DNA of 63,777 nucleotides, the filler included, from Octopus bimaculoides (lineage: Eukaryota), in the NCBI RefSeq assembly GCF_001194135.2. It is 10 parts of 8 records of this genome, joined end to end, with 100 filler letters (N's around TTAATTAATTAA, not from the genome) between each part and the next. Parts side by side here need not be neighbours in the genome. Positions count along the whole stretch, not along the records: positions 1 to 10,806 come from NC_068989.1; positions 10,907 to 29,848 come from NC_068989.1; 8 more parts are not named here. One strand, written 5' to 3'. Both the position numbers and the translations under genes were made by a program. Positions 1 through 11,227 of the stretch are shown here, piece by piece. How positions within the stretch are numbered: the stretch's first letter is position 1; each line of letters opens with the position of its first letter. The notes under the pieces were generated by a model. That model had not been told where the DNA came from and ran no database searches. It saw only the letters and a list, made by a program, of their open reading frames with translations.

Positions 1-271
1 GAAAATAAGTACCTTCTCTCTTTTTGTCTCTTTTTGTTACAAGTCTATGCTTAAAATGGTGTCGTCTTTCATTCTTACCATTCTTGCCACATTTACCCAT
101 TTTTATTGAAACTTTCATTCGACAACACTTTCCTCTCTATCCTCATCCTCCTTTTCAAGTGGTACATGAAAAAGTTGACGAGGGACTGACCAGAGAGGAA
201 AGTGTTTGTTTGTAGACCTTTCAAACGCGTCCACCACACGCATTCTTTTGCCATAGCTATCAGTGTTATAG

Positions 272-322
<51 letters not shown>

Positions 323-1039
323 GATAGACAGACAGATGGATAGATAGATTGTTTGATAGATATGTGCAAATACATACATATAAGAGAATTTAACTTCAGC
401 AGTGAAATCACATATTATAAGTAGATTATTCTTGAAGCTCAGTAATTATAAATTATCAAAGACTGATATTTTCTGGCAACTGTGCAATAAGTAAAACAGT
501 GTTTTATCAAATCCAAATGTCGCATTCATTTCTTTTTTTCCTTTGTTTGTAGATATCAGACGATTCTTTGAACTTCAGTTCTTAAATTGGAAATAGTTTA
601 TGTTCTGGGCAAGACATATAAGCTAATTCATAATTTATTCATTGGTATTGGTAATTTTTATTTGATAAGGTAATGCATATGTATGAAATGCTGCTGCTAA
701 GTAGAACTTTGAATATAAACAAAAAAGTAGAAAGTAGAAACGTCTGGTTTTGTATTAGTTTTACAAATGACGAGTTGGATTTATTTATACTTACAATACA
801 TTATAGTTCTCCCGTCAAAATTGCCGACGATCTGCAACTGCAAAAAATTAAAAAAAGTAAACAAATACAGTGAGAATGCAAAGAAGAAAATGATATTGCT
901 TATATATATGTTGTACTGTGACCGCAAATGTCAGTTCTGCTAGAGAAATATTTGTCACCGACCACACACTAATGCTAACTCATGCCAAAATTTTTAAGGA
1001 GTGATGTGATCTGCGAGCGTCTATTTTGGCTTTTGTTAC

Positions 1040-1790
1040 AAAGATTCGTAAAGATTAGAATGCTTCGGAGACTCCTCTACAAGCTTCCTTTCATGCAGAC
1101 CTCTCTCAAACAAGATCCTCCCGCGAGTCTGAGTTGATCTTGCAGTGCTTTCTTTGATCTTGCAGTACTTTATGGTTGCACCCCATGCATCTGTGAATCT
1201 TTAACTGTGTGCTGCAATATTCTGCCCATTCTTTGCCGGATCAGAATAGAAGATTGCATTCTGACAACATTCTTAATAAAAGAAGCTGGATTTGCTTGAG
1301 ATTTGTAAACAAACTAGGTTCATTGGCGTACTTCAGGAACTCTGTCCTAGGAATATATTCCGAACTACCGCGCCGTAGAAAGAAAATGGGAGCATTGTAA
1401 GCTTCAATTTTGAAGTCAGCTGTCACATGCTCTATACTAATACGTTGAGACACCAGCATCAATGCAGAAACTTACTGATAGTATACTTCAAAATATTAAA
1501 TATTATCAAAATTTTTCAGCTTATATCCTACACATAATTTTATACCAAGAGTAACTCACTCTGCATTTCCTAGGATAGATTGATGCAATTTTGCTTTTGC
1601 AGACCTGATAGTGAGACCAAAGTTGTTTAAGGTCTCTGAGAATTGAGCGACACATGCTTGCATGATGGAATTCACCTCGCACAAGCAAATCACAATCATT
1701 TGCAAATAATAGTCCACAGACAGATTAATGATTCACTTTGGTTTTGCTTGCAATCTGCGAAGATTGAACAGTTTGTCATTATCTAACGTA
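1040..1790 (-). mobile_element. Degraded RTE-clade LINE (RT C-terminal half)
   Basis: DKLFNLRRLQAKPK...MQACVAQFSETLNNFGLTI matches the RTE-BovB-type motif GKLFNLRRLQAKTK...FGLTIS; many stops. Confidence 0.7.
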
Positions 1791-4700
1791 CCAAATGTTA
1801 ATTCTAGGTGAAGGCAATCCGAATGCCTCTTGCAACATGACAAAAAAGACAGATACTAAAAAAGATAGATGCTAAAACACAACTCTGTTTCACACAACAC
1901 CACCTGTGGCAGAAAATGCTACAGATATATATCTAATGGTACCATACATTTGTCCATATACAATTATGAAATTGGTACACCTTATGCACGAACACGGGAG
2001 GACAATTATATTTGGCAATGATTATTTATAATCCTCTACAAAATATTTTAAATTCAGCAAAGGTTATATAGAGGGTCTGATTCCACTTTATACAGTTTTT
2101 GATATGTGTTACTGCAAAGATCACATCAGTAGTACCCCTCTCACAACGGAAGGCACATTGGCTTTCTTGCAGGAAATTGTTCGTGGTAAGATGGTGAATC
2201 AGGCGATTTTGAAGTATTCTTGTTAAGATTTTGCTGGCAATTGTTAATAAAAAGTACTGTTTGTGAGCTTAAAACATAAACAACCTCACAGATTCATTAA
2301 AGTTTCGGTAAATTGCTTTAAAAAGGTACTGGAAACTTTCACTTGATTCGAGAATGTTAATTCATACAAAATGTTAACTGCCTAGCAATTCAGATGACGG
2401 TTCAAGCTGAGTGCCTAAAATCGCTTTAAAAAATAAACAAATATAGGAATAAAAAAATTTATTCTTACACTTTTTTAATGACTTTTTGTTCTTTGGAAAA
2501 AATGACGTACTCATTTACATAATTACTCTAAATGTGTAATTATTTAAAAATATTTCTTAAAATCAATGTCTTAATTATTATAATTAATAGTAATTATAAA
2601 ATTACTCTAAAATCGTAATTATAAAAAAATATTCTTTAAAAACCGTAATAATTTACATAATTACTGTAAATGTGTATTACTCTGATCTTTCTAATCAGTA
2701 ACTTTTTCTATCGTCCGTTGCAGTGCTTGAGAGCATGCAATGTTTTGGTTTCTTGCACTCTGTTAAAATGCTACTGAGGTCACCGTTGACTTTCATCCTT
2801 TCAATGTGTATGAGATAAGGTAACCATCCTGAGAACATGTAGTAATGTTTTTTGAAAGCATTTCTAAGAGGAATATAATTTTCTACTCTTAGACTAATTC
2901 AAACGGATGAAGGTAAGATATTCAGACTCAATTTTTGCATACTCCATTATGAATTGGTCAAAGCAATGAAACAGTATACCTTTGGTTATCATTACTAAAC
3001 GTTTGGCATATGAATCAATTTAATCAAGAGTTGCATTTTCTACTCAACAAATCTATCGAAAGTAAATTTGCATCTATCTTGTCCTTTTGAAAATACTGGA
3101 GAATATTGCATTGGATCATAGGAACAGGATGTTTTAAAGCCCCGATGAGAAATTGGTTGCGTTGTGGCAGAATTATGTTCTTCTACAGAACCCTTAGAAT
3201 TGTCACGTCATTAGAAATTGGGAGAGCAAAGCACGGTTCATGTAATCTAGGGGACACTTTATTTTCATAGATCAAATTTTTCATGTTAGATTCTTTATAT
3301 TTATATTCATATTTTCTTCTGCAGTTTTAAAGGTGATTACATATCAATTGAGATGATGTGAGAATTCCGGATTACCAAGGAAAGCTTCTATAACATAAAG
3401 AATGTCGTTGCAGCATTGAATAGCTTTATGAAATATATCAGTAAAATTAAGGCCTGGAAGTGGAAGAAGTAATCCTACGCGATTATAAAATTTCTCTGGT
3501 ATTTTTTCAGTCTTAGAAGCTTCAAAAGAAATTGATTAAAAACCGTAATTATTATATTCTTGCCTTGGCCAGCAAGTTATTTGATTGTGCCGTAATTCCT
3601 TTCAACAATTATTCAAGGCATTCATTTTACTATTCCATTTGAACAGCTCATGCCTGTTATTACTTCTTTCTACATTTCACTGCGCAGTGCAGATACGCTA
3701 CAGATATTCAGCTAATCCAGGCAAATGGTTTATATTAATAATCTATGTCTTAGCTATATGCGAACGCTGCTCTTTCTTAACTTGCTGGTTTTCTCTTCCA
3801 GCTGCCGTTTGATCTCTAATATTGGCTTTCCTCCTTCATTTTCACTTTACCTTGTTTGATTACTTGTCTTCATGGTTTCAAGATGAGTTTTTACTTTTGG
3901 TATTTAGTTTCATGTTTCATACACCCTACTCATTTTCTTTTACTATTGATTGATATCCTTCTCAGAAATCTTGGGAGCTTTTAATACTCAAAATGGTCTA
4001 AAGAATATCTTCTTTTTAGTTCCTTTATAAAATTGAAATTTTTAAACGCTTAAACACAAAAACTCTCATGTAATAATTAAGGGAAATAATTGTAACTTAC
4101 TTCTTCGAAAACTAATGCATATATTGTCTAAAAAGTGAACTTAATAATTAAATATTTACAGTGATATGAAAAGATATTTTAAGAAATGGGAAACAGCGTT
4201 TGTTTTGTGTGTGTATTGCGTTTAAATATAGAATATTAAGACAAATCGAGTTGTCCATGAAAGAAGCAAAAATCTTCTAACTTAATGTAATAACTTTCAA
4301 CTTATGATCTTGATATTTATGAATGATTGCTGTAGTTATTAATAACATTTATGATTTTAATTTTATGAAACCATAGAAAAAGAACATTCCAATCTATAGA
4401 AAAACCATTTTATTCTATACTAAGTTTACAGTCATAATCCTAGTGTATAAAAGTGAACGTACGTATGTTTGTATGTAACGAAGAAAACATAGAAGAAAGA
4501 AAATAATGATGCGAATTTTGCAGATAATAGATTTCGCTGATAACCGTTGAGTTACAAAATCAGTTTTATAAAAAGTAGTATAAAATTTTCAAAAGCAACG
4601 GCTTGAATTAGAAAGTATCCTAAAATAGAATTATATATACGCATAAGAATTACAGGTAGGACATTGATAAGTTAATAAGATGTCCTATGCCATTCACACC

Positions 4701-5971
4701 TTTGAAAATTTCCAAAAGATATGTGATTTGCTTTTTGTAACCCAGATGTGGCAGCACTGGTCAATCAAACACATACAGATAACATATAGGAATAGTGTAA
4801 GTAATAAAAAGAATATGATTGGTCGTAATTGCTTTTTTTTTTCATCACATACCCAGACAGGTATCTATATTTATGCACAAATCTTTTAAAAGAATGAGAG
4901 AAATATTTTTAAAAATATACAATGAGAATGAGTGGTGTAAAGATAAAGTGGAAATAAACTATTTCGACATTTATATTATTCGTAAAATAACTTTTTCTTG
5001 TCCTTCAATCATCGTGTTTCAAATATAGACCAAAAACTACTAGAATTTCCAACACAAAATTACATATTCTCATTTACGATTGCTAATTTACGAAATCAAT
5101 TAGTATCGTTAATAGAAAATATACATCCCTTATAAGAAATGTATTTGTGTAGACATACATACATACATATATAAATAGGCAGTGATTACCAACATAGAAT
5201 ACGATTAGTCGTAATTGTTTTCCCTCCACCAATATTACTTAAATATACACACTCTCACTTCTACTCTTCTCTTTCTTCTTGACAAAAACCAGTTTGCTTC
5301 TATTGTAGGTTATAAATAGTGATTAATAAACTTAAGTTATTAGAAAAAGTCACATGACCTATCGTCGTCTGCCTCAAACGATGTACCGTCATGTAAACTT
5401 CCAATTACTTGGGGGCGCATATTAAAGATCACTCCCAAAGTTTACTGCTGGATGTGCTCTTACGGGTATCAAAGAGAAAAAAAACCGCCAACTTCACACA
5501 TATAGATATGGTCGTGATAATGGTGGTAGTTCTCCGTCGCTCGACGATGAGGATTCCATTGTTTAATCAACAGAATTTCCCACTCTTTGGTTAAAGTGTA
5601 AGCGGCTGAGCATTCCACGGGTACATATATCCTTAGCACTCTGTACCTATTATTTAATGATAGACGAAGACCAAGAAATGGATTTGGTAGTACGTGTAAT
5701 TAGTTCCTAATTTTTAATCCGACAGAAAACTCTCTATGTATGGAGCATGTTGTATACACGTGTGTGTATAACAGATTCAGAGTTTGGTTGAATTCTTCAA
5801 TCGTAGATTAGTAACGATGCAATTAAGGACAAAGGCACACGCACACACACATATATATGTATGTGTATACACACACATGCACACGCACACACGCACACAC
5901 GCACACATATGTATATACACATTTACATACATACATAGATAGATAAGTTTCAGGTAATATTACGCCTCATG

Positions 5972-6175
5972 TAAGGTGGCGAGCTGGCAAAATCGTTAGC
6001 ACGCCGAGTAAAATTCTTAGCGGCATTTTGTCTGTCTTTATGTTCTGAGTTCAAATTCCGCCGAGATCGACTTTGCCCTTCGTCCCTCGGGGTCGATAAA
6101 ATAAGTACCAGTTAGACGCTGGAATCGATGTCATCAACTTCCCCCCGTCTCTCGAAATTACTGGCCTTGTGCCAA
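5972..6175 (+). mobile_element. tRNA-derived SINE, family A, with a 16-bp target site duplication
   Basis: Head ggtggcgagctggca, B-box gagttcaaattcc, central gactttgcc...ggggtcgataaaataagtacc. TSD aatattacgcctcatg at 5956-5971 and 6176-6191. Other copies near 9939, 31770(-), 32900(-), 46545, 53050, 54460, 59860(-), 61363, 61588 and 63304. Confidence 0.9.
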
Positions 6176-6657
6176 AATATTACGCCTCATGACGTGAAAT
6201 AATATGTATATACAATTAATGTTCCGGTCGACTTCCTGCTTAAACTCCAACTTGAACGGCCTCTCCAGTCTATTCCTCCTCATCCAAATATGGAATAGAT
6301 CGCCACTAAAATGCTGGTTGCAGACTGCTTGCAGAGAATTGCACCAAATGCGCATCTTTTCTTGAAACAGCTGTAACGGATTACATGCACACCTTCGACC
6401 TTCTCATCTAGCTTTGGATTTTACATACGGCAAGCTTCTTTAACCTATTATCTATTATCAAGAAAACGGACTTACCTAACAACTACATCGGCGTATATTA
6501 CAACCATTATGAGCGTTTCTCAACCTATCTTTTATTGATCTTTTGTGATTTAAACTCCTGAAGCATTCTTTTTCTACCTTCAAGCTCTATAAAGATATAT
6601 GTCATGACCCTACTAGATAGCGGTTGTTTGCCTGGCTATACTTTTATCCTATTATGC

Positions 6658-6689
<32 letters not shown>

Positions 6690-6706
6690 ATATGTATATA
6701 TGTATA

Positions 6707-6743
<37 letters not shown>

Positions 6744-7289
6744 NNNNNNNNNNNNNNNNNNNNNNNNNNNNNNNNNNNNNNNNNNNNNNNNNNNNNNNNN
6801 NNNNNNNNNNNNNNNNNNNNNNNNNNNNNNNNNNNNNNNNNNNNNNNNNNNNNNNNNNNNNNNNNNNNNNNNNNNNNNNNNNNNNNNNNNNNNNNNNNNN
6901 NNNNNNNNNNNNNNNNNNNNNNNNNNNNNNNNNNNNNNNNNNNNNNNNNNNNNNNNNNNNNNNNNNNNNNNNNNNNNNNNNNNNNNNNNNNNNNNNNNNN
7001 NNNNNNNNNNNNNNNNNNNNNNNNNNNNNNNNNNNNNNNNNNNNNNNNNNNNNNNNNNNNNCACAAACGCACCCACACATGCACAATCTCGCCTCTCTTT
7101 CTCACGCACACATACACACACACACACACACGCACACAGATACAACTACATACACACACACATACTACTCACACAAACACAAACACACATGCACACAGAC
7201 GCTACCACACACAAATACTGACCATGTTCGTACTCTCTTGTCCCCAAAACTACTGTCTCTATCTCTTTCTACTTTCGGTCACTTCAGCA

Positions 7290-7420
7290 ATGTAGCTACA
7301 ATGTAACTTTCCGACGAAGAGCTACGCTCGAAACGTTAAATTCTCTCTTTTCACCTGGCGTCATGCTAATACATATCGTGTGAACGTTCTCTTGTTGTCT
7401 GTTAATTCTATTCGTTTATT
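7290..7420 (+). mobile_element. Penelope-like repeat end with degenerate hammerhead-like core
   Basis: ccgacgaagagctacgctcgaaacg; a related copy lies at 44900-45015 (ctgctgaagagcgtaggctcgaaacg), both followed by similar ctaatacat/ttaatacac tails. The PLE assignment is inference. Confidence 0.4.
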
Positions 7421-7656
7421 TGAACTGATTGTCTATTTGAATTGATTATATATATATATATAATTATGTGTATTTCTTCTATCTTAATGAATAAAAATTC
7501 TTCTGATAGAATAAATGGGTTAATAGAAACCAATGTAGCAAAGAACACAAAATAACTGTGGTTAGCTCCTGTTTTTAAGGCAGGAACTCCTTGAAATTTT
7601 GGGTATTTGAGTATATTTAAGAATTTAAGGATTGGAGAAAACGCATGTTATAATTG

Positions 7657-7756
7657 CATACTTTATTCCTACATATGTTTCAAAGGATTACAACCTGTGT
7701 GATCCATAGGGATCTTTGATATTAAAATTGTAACCTTCTCATCAGGGAAAGCATGG
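7657..7756 (-). ncRNA. Type I hammerhead ribozyme motif (Penelope-like/retrozyme class)
   Basis: Minus strand reads CAUGCUUUCC-CUGAUGA-GAAGGUUACAA...UUGUAAUCCUUU-GAAAC-AUAU-GUA-GGAAUAAAGUAUG. It has the full core (CUGAUGA, GAAA, GUA triplet) and pairable stems I, II and III. Position 11.1 is U rather than C. Confidence 0.75.
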
Positions 7757-8310
7757 GAATCATCTTAAACGTAAGACATTATGACCGATTATGAAAACAA
7801 TAGATGGATAAGGTTATGACTTGATTCATTTGAAAAAAACCGTTAGAGAATTGGACGCTGCCGGATAGTGGGTTGGACAACACATACATATAANNNNNNN
7901 NNNNNNNNNNNNNNNNNNNNNNNNNNNNNNNNNNNNNNNNNNNNNNNNNNNNNNNNNNNNNNNNNNNNNNNNNNNNNNNNNNNNNNNNNNNNNNNNNNNN
8001 NNNNNNNNNNNNNNNNNNNNNNNNNNNNNNNNNNNNNNNNNNNNNNNNNNNNNNNNNNNNNNNNNNNNNNNNNNNNNNNNNNNNNNNNNNNNNNNNNNNN
8101 NNNNNNNNNNNNNNNNNNNNNNNNNNNNNNNNNNNNNNNNNNNNNNNNNNNNNNNNNNNNNNNNNNNNNNNNNNNNNNNNNNNNNNNNNNNNNNNNNNNN
8201 NNNNNNNNNNNNNNNNCATACTGATACACACACACACACATATACATGCATATATGCGCATATACACATACATACACATGTGCACCCGTTTTCTCCAATC
8301 CTTAAATTCT

Positions 8311-8344
<34 letters not shown>

Positions 8345-8347
<3 letters not shown>

Positions 8348-8770
8348 TTGTATTCTTTTTACTTGTTTCAGTAATTTGACTGTGGCCATTCTGGAAGACC
8401 GTCTTAAAGGGGCTTTAGTCGAAGAACTCGACCCCCAGGGTTATTGTTTGTAAGCCTAGTACATATTCTATCGGTCACTTTTGCCAAACCGCTAAGTTAT
8501 GGGGACGTAAACGCACAGACATCAGTCGTCAACCGATGGCGGAGGGACAAACACAAACACACACACACACAAACGCACACACATAAATATTTACATATAT
8601 ACATATACGACAGGTTTCTTTTAGTTTCCATCTGCCAAATCCACTCACAAGGCTTTGTCCGGGCCGAGGCTATAAAAGAAGACACTTGCTCAAGGTGCCA
8701 CGCACTGGGACTGAACCCGGAACCATGTGGTTAGGAAGCAAGGTTCTTACCACACAGCCATTACCGCGCC
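8345..8770 (-). mobile_element. tRNA-derived SINE, family B (internal microsatellite)
   Basis: Reverse complement of gtggctgtgtggtaag...gggttcagtcccactgcgtggcaccttgggcaag...(TA/TG)n...ccagcatggcc.cagtc...gactgaaacaagtaaaaga. Other copies near 23310(-), 23520(-), 32730(-), 43110(-), 47860(-), 49365(-), 50190(-), 54017, 55318, 56320(-) and 60280. Confidence 0.9.
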
Positions 8771-9938
8771 AAGCAAACTTCTTACCACACAGTCACGACC
8801 GCGATTATATATATATTTATGTATATACACACATACATATATACATTTATGCATGTATCTACACACACACGCACACACACACACACACACACATATGCAC
8901 ATAGATATCTCTCTATATCAATTTATATGCTTGTGTATATGCATACCCACACATATATCATGTATCTTTGTATGGCAGGAAGAGAGAGAGAGAGGGGGGG
9001 AGTGAGTGAGAGTGAGAGGGAGAGGGAGGGAGTGAGAATAAGAGTTATATGATCGCATACTAAATATCGTCGAGAACAAATTTTCATGANNNNNNNNNNN
9101 NNNNNNNNNNNNNNNNNNNNNNNNNNNNNNNNNNNNNNNNNNNNNNNNNNNNNNNNNNNNNNNNNNNNNNNNNNNNNNNNNNNNNNNNNNNNNNNNNNNN
9201 NNNNNNNNNNNNNNNNNNNNNNNNNNNNNNNNNNNNNNNNNNNNNNNNNNNNNNNNNNNNNNNNNNNNNNNNNNNNNNNNNNNNNNNNNNNNNNNNNNNN
9301 NNNNNNNNNNNNNNNNNNNNNNNNNNNNNNNNNNNNNNNNNNNNNNNNNNNNNNNNNNNNNNNNNNNNNNNNNNNNNNNNNNNNNNNNNNNNNNNNNNNN
9401 NNNNNNNNNNNNNNNNNNNNNNNNNNNNNNNNNNNNNNNNNNNNNNNNNNNNNNNNNNNNNNNNNNNNNNNNNNNNNNNNNNNNNNNNNNNNNNNNNNNN
9501 NNNNNNNNNNNNNNNNNNNNNNNNNNNNNNNNNNNNNNNNNNNNNNNNNNNNNNNNNNNNNNNNNNNNNNNNNNNNNNNNNNNNNNNNNNNNNNNNNNNN
9601 NNNNNNNNNNNNNNNNNNNNNNNNNNNNNNNNNNNNNNNNNNNNNNNNNNNNNNNNNNNNNNNNNNNNNNNNNNNNNNNNNNNNNNNNNNNNNNNNNNNN
9701 NNNNNNNNNNNNNNNNNNNNNNNNNNNNNNNNNNNNNNNNNNNNNNNNNNNNNNNNNNNNNNNNNNNNNNNNNNNNNNNNNNNNNNNNNNNNNNCACTCA
9801 TTCTGCGCACGTCTTACGACAACTCTCTCTCATTCACTCTCTGTATATATATCCGATATAAAGCGCGACTGGAAAAAACAATCACCAACCAACCAACCAA
9901 CCAACCAAGGTTTATATCAGCTATTATTAAACAGAGAT

Positions 9939-10152
9939 AAGGCGGCGAGCTGGCAGAATCGTTAGCACGCCGGGAGAAATGCTTAGCGATATTTCGTCTG
10001 TCACTACATCCTTAGTTCAAATTCCGCCGAGGTCGACTTTGCCTTTCATCCTTTCGGGGTCGATTAAATAAGTACCAGTTACGTACTGAGGTCGATGTAA
10101 TCAACTTAATACCTTCCCCCAAATTTCAGGCTTTGTGCCTACAGTAGAACGG
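9939..10152 (+). mobile_element. SINE family A with target site duplication
   Basis: Full copy; TSD attattaaaca(g/a)agat at 9923-9938 and 10153-10168. Confidence 0.9.
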
Positions 10153-10806
10153 ATTATTAAACAAAGATTAGAGAAAGCACAACCTGATCTTTGCTGCAGA
10201 GGATTGGCAACTAATTACACGTTTCGGTCTGTCAGACTTCGTCAATGTATTACAGTCTTAATTTGAATAAAAATGAGAACTTTCAGAAATTGCATTTTTG
10301 CGTATGGAAAAGGAATGAAGTACACTTTTCACAGAGTGTATTGTCTTAAAAGTTAATAAATAAAGTGTTGAAACTTTTATGATAACATCAGTATTCGAGC
10401 CCTCTCCCAAAGCTCTCAAAATGTCATCAAGGTGATCCAAGAACTGCATGGCCGCAGCTCAATCGTTGAAACCAGAGACTGAATTGAAGAATATATGTAC
10501 TTGTTATAGTAAGGTGACCCTATGTGTATGGGGTAATTGCCTAACAGGTGATTGTAAGTTAATTTGGTTAAAACAAGGCCTTCATTAAGAAAAAAAAAAT
10601 TTCTTAAAACTTCTTTTATAGGTTCATTAAAATTTATCACTGCTAAATCTTTCAAAAGCAACTTTATAATTTGCTGAAGATCTTAGGAAGTTTAAACTTT
10701 CTGGTACAGCTTCATTCATTTTCAACGATATTTAATTAACTTAACTAAATAAGAAGACGAGCTGGCAGAAATAATAATTTCAAATTTTGGCACAAGGCCA
10801 TTAATT

Positions 10807-10906
10807 NNNNNNNNNNNNNNNNNNNNNNNNNNNNNNNNNNNNNNNNNNNNTTAATTAATTAANNNNNNNNNNNNNNNNNNNNNNNNNNNNNNNNNNNNNN
10901 NNNNNN
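10807..10906. other. Assembly spacer (44 N + TTAATTAATTAA + 44 N), first of nine
   Basis: The identical 12-mer lies at 10851, 29893, 37827, 45062, 47121, 51245, 55629, 58398 and 62565, always centred in N runs; it has stop codons in all six frames. Confidence 0.97.
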
Positions 10907-11025
10907 ATGTATATATGTATGTATGTATGTATATGTATATATATATTGTCTAAGAATCCATAAGTCTAAAAAAAATATGCACTCGCATATTTTTCAATAG
11001 ACAGCGTATACTCCGCAAAATATTT

Positions 11026-11227
11026 CCAATCAGTTTCGCATTGAGTATTAAACCGGATGCCAGTTAACAGCCTAGTTATGTTACACCCTGTGTTCGTCAG
11101 TGCTAACAAATATGGGGAAAATATATCACTATTGTTTTCATATCCACCAGTTCTGATGAGCACATGCTGTTACGTAACCAGGCTGTTATCTAACACCTGG
11201 TTTAATACTCAATACGAAACCGATTGG
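11026..11227. mobile_element. Palindromic MITE/foldback-like element
   Basis: ccaatcagtttcgcattgagtattaaaccgg ... ctggtttaatactcaatacgaaaccgattgg; imperfect complementarity continues almost to the centre. Confidence 0.7.

Noticed and set aside
2173-2185. 13-nt sequence between ctttcttgcag and gtaaga on plus
   Set aside because: An isolated splice-like pair with no neighbouring exons; expected by chance.
3325-3475. Strong acceptor followed by EFRITKESFYNI (Harbinger-like FRM..E.F motif)
   Set aside because: All frames stop soon after the acceptor, and the motif is too short to assign.
5972-6070. tRNA-like A/B boxes in SINE heads (many copies)
   Set aside because: They are SINE promoters; I could not build a cloverleaf, so no tRNA gene is called.
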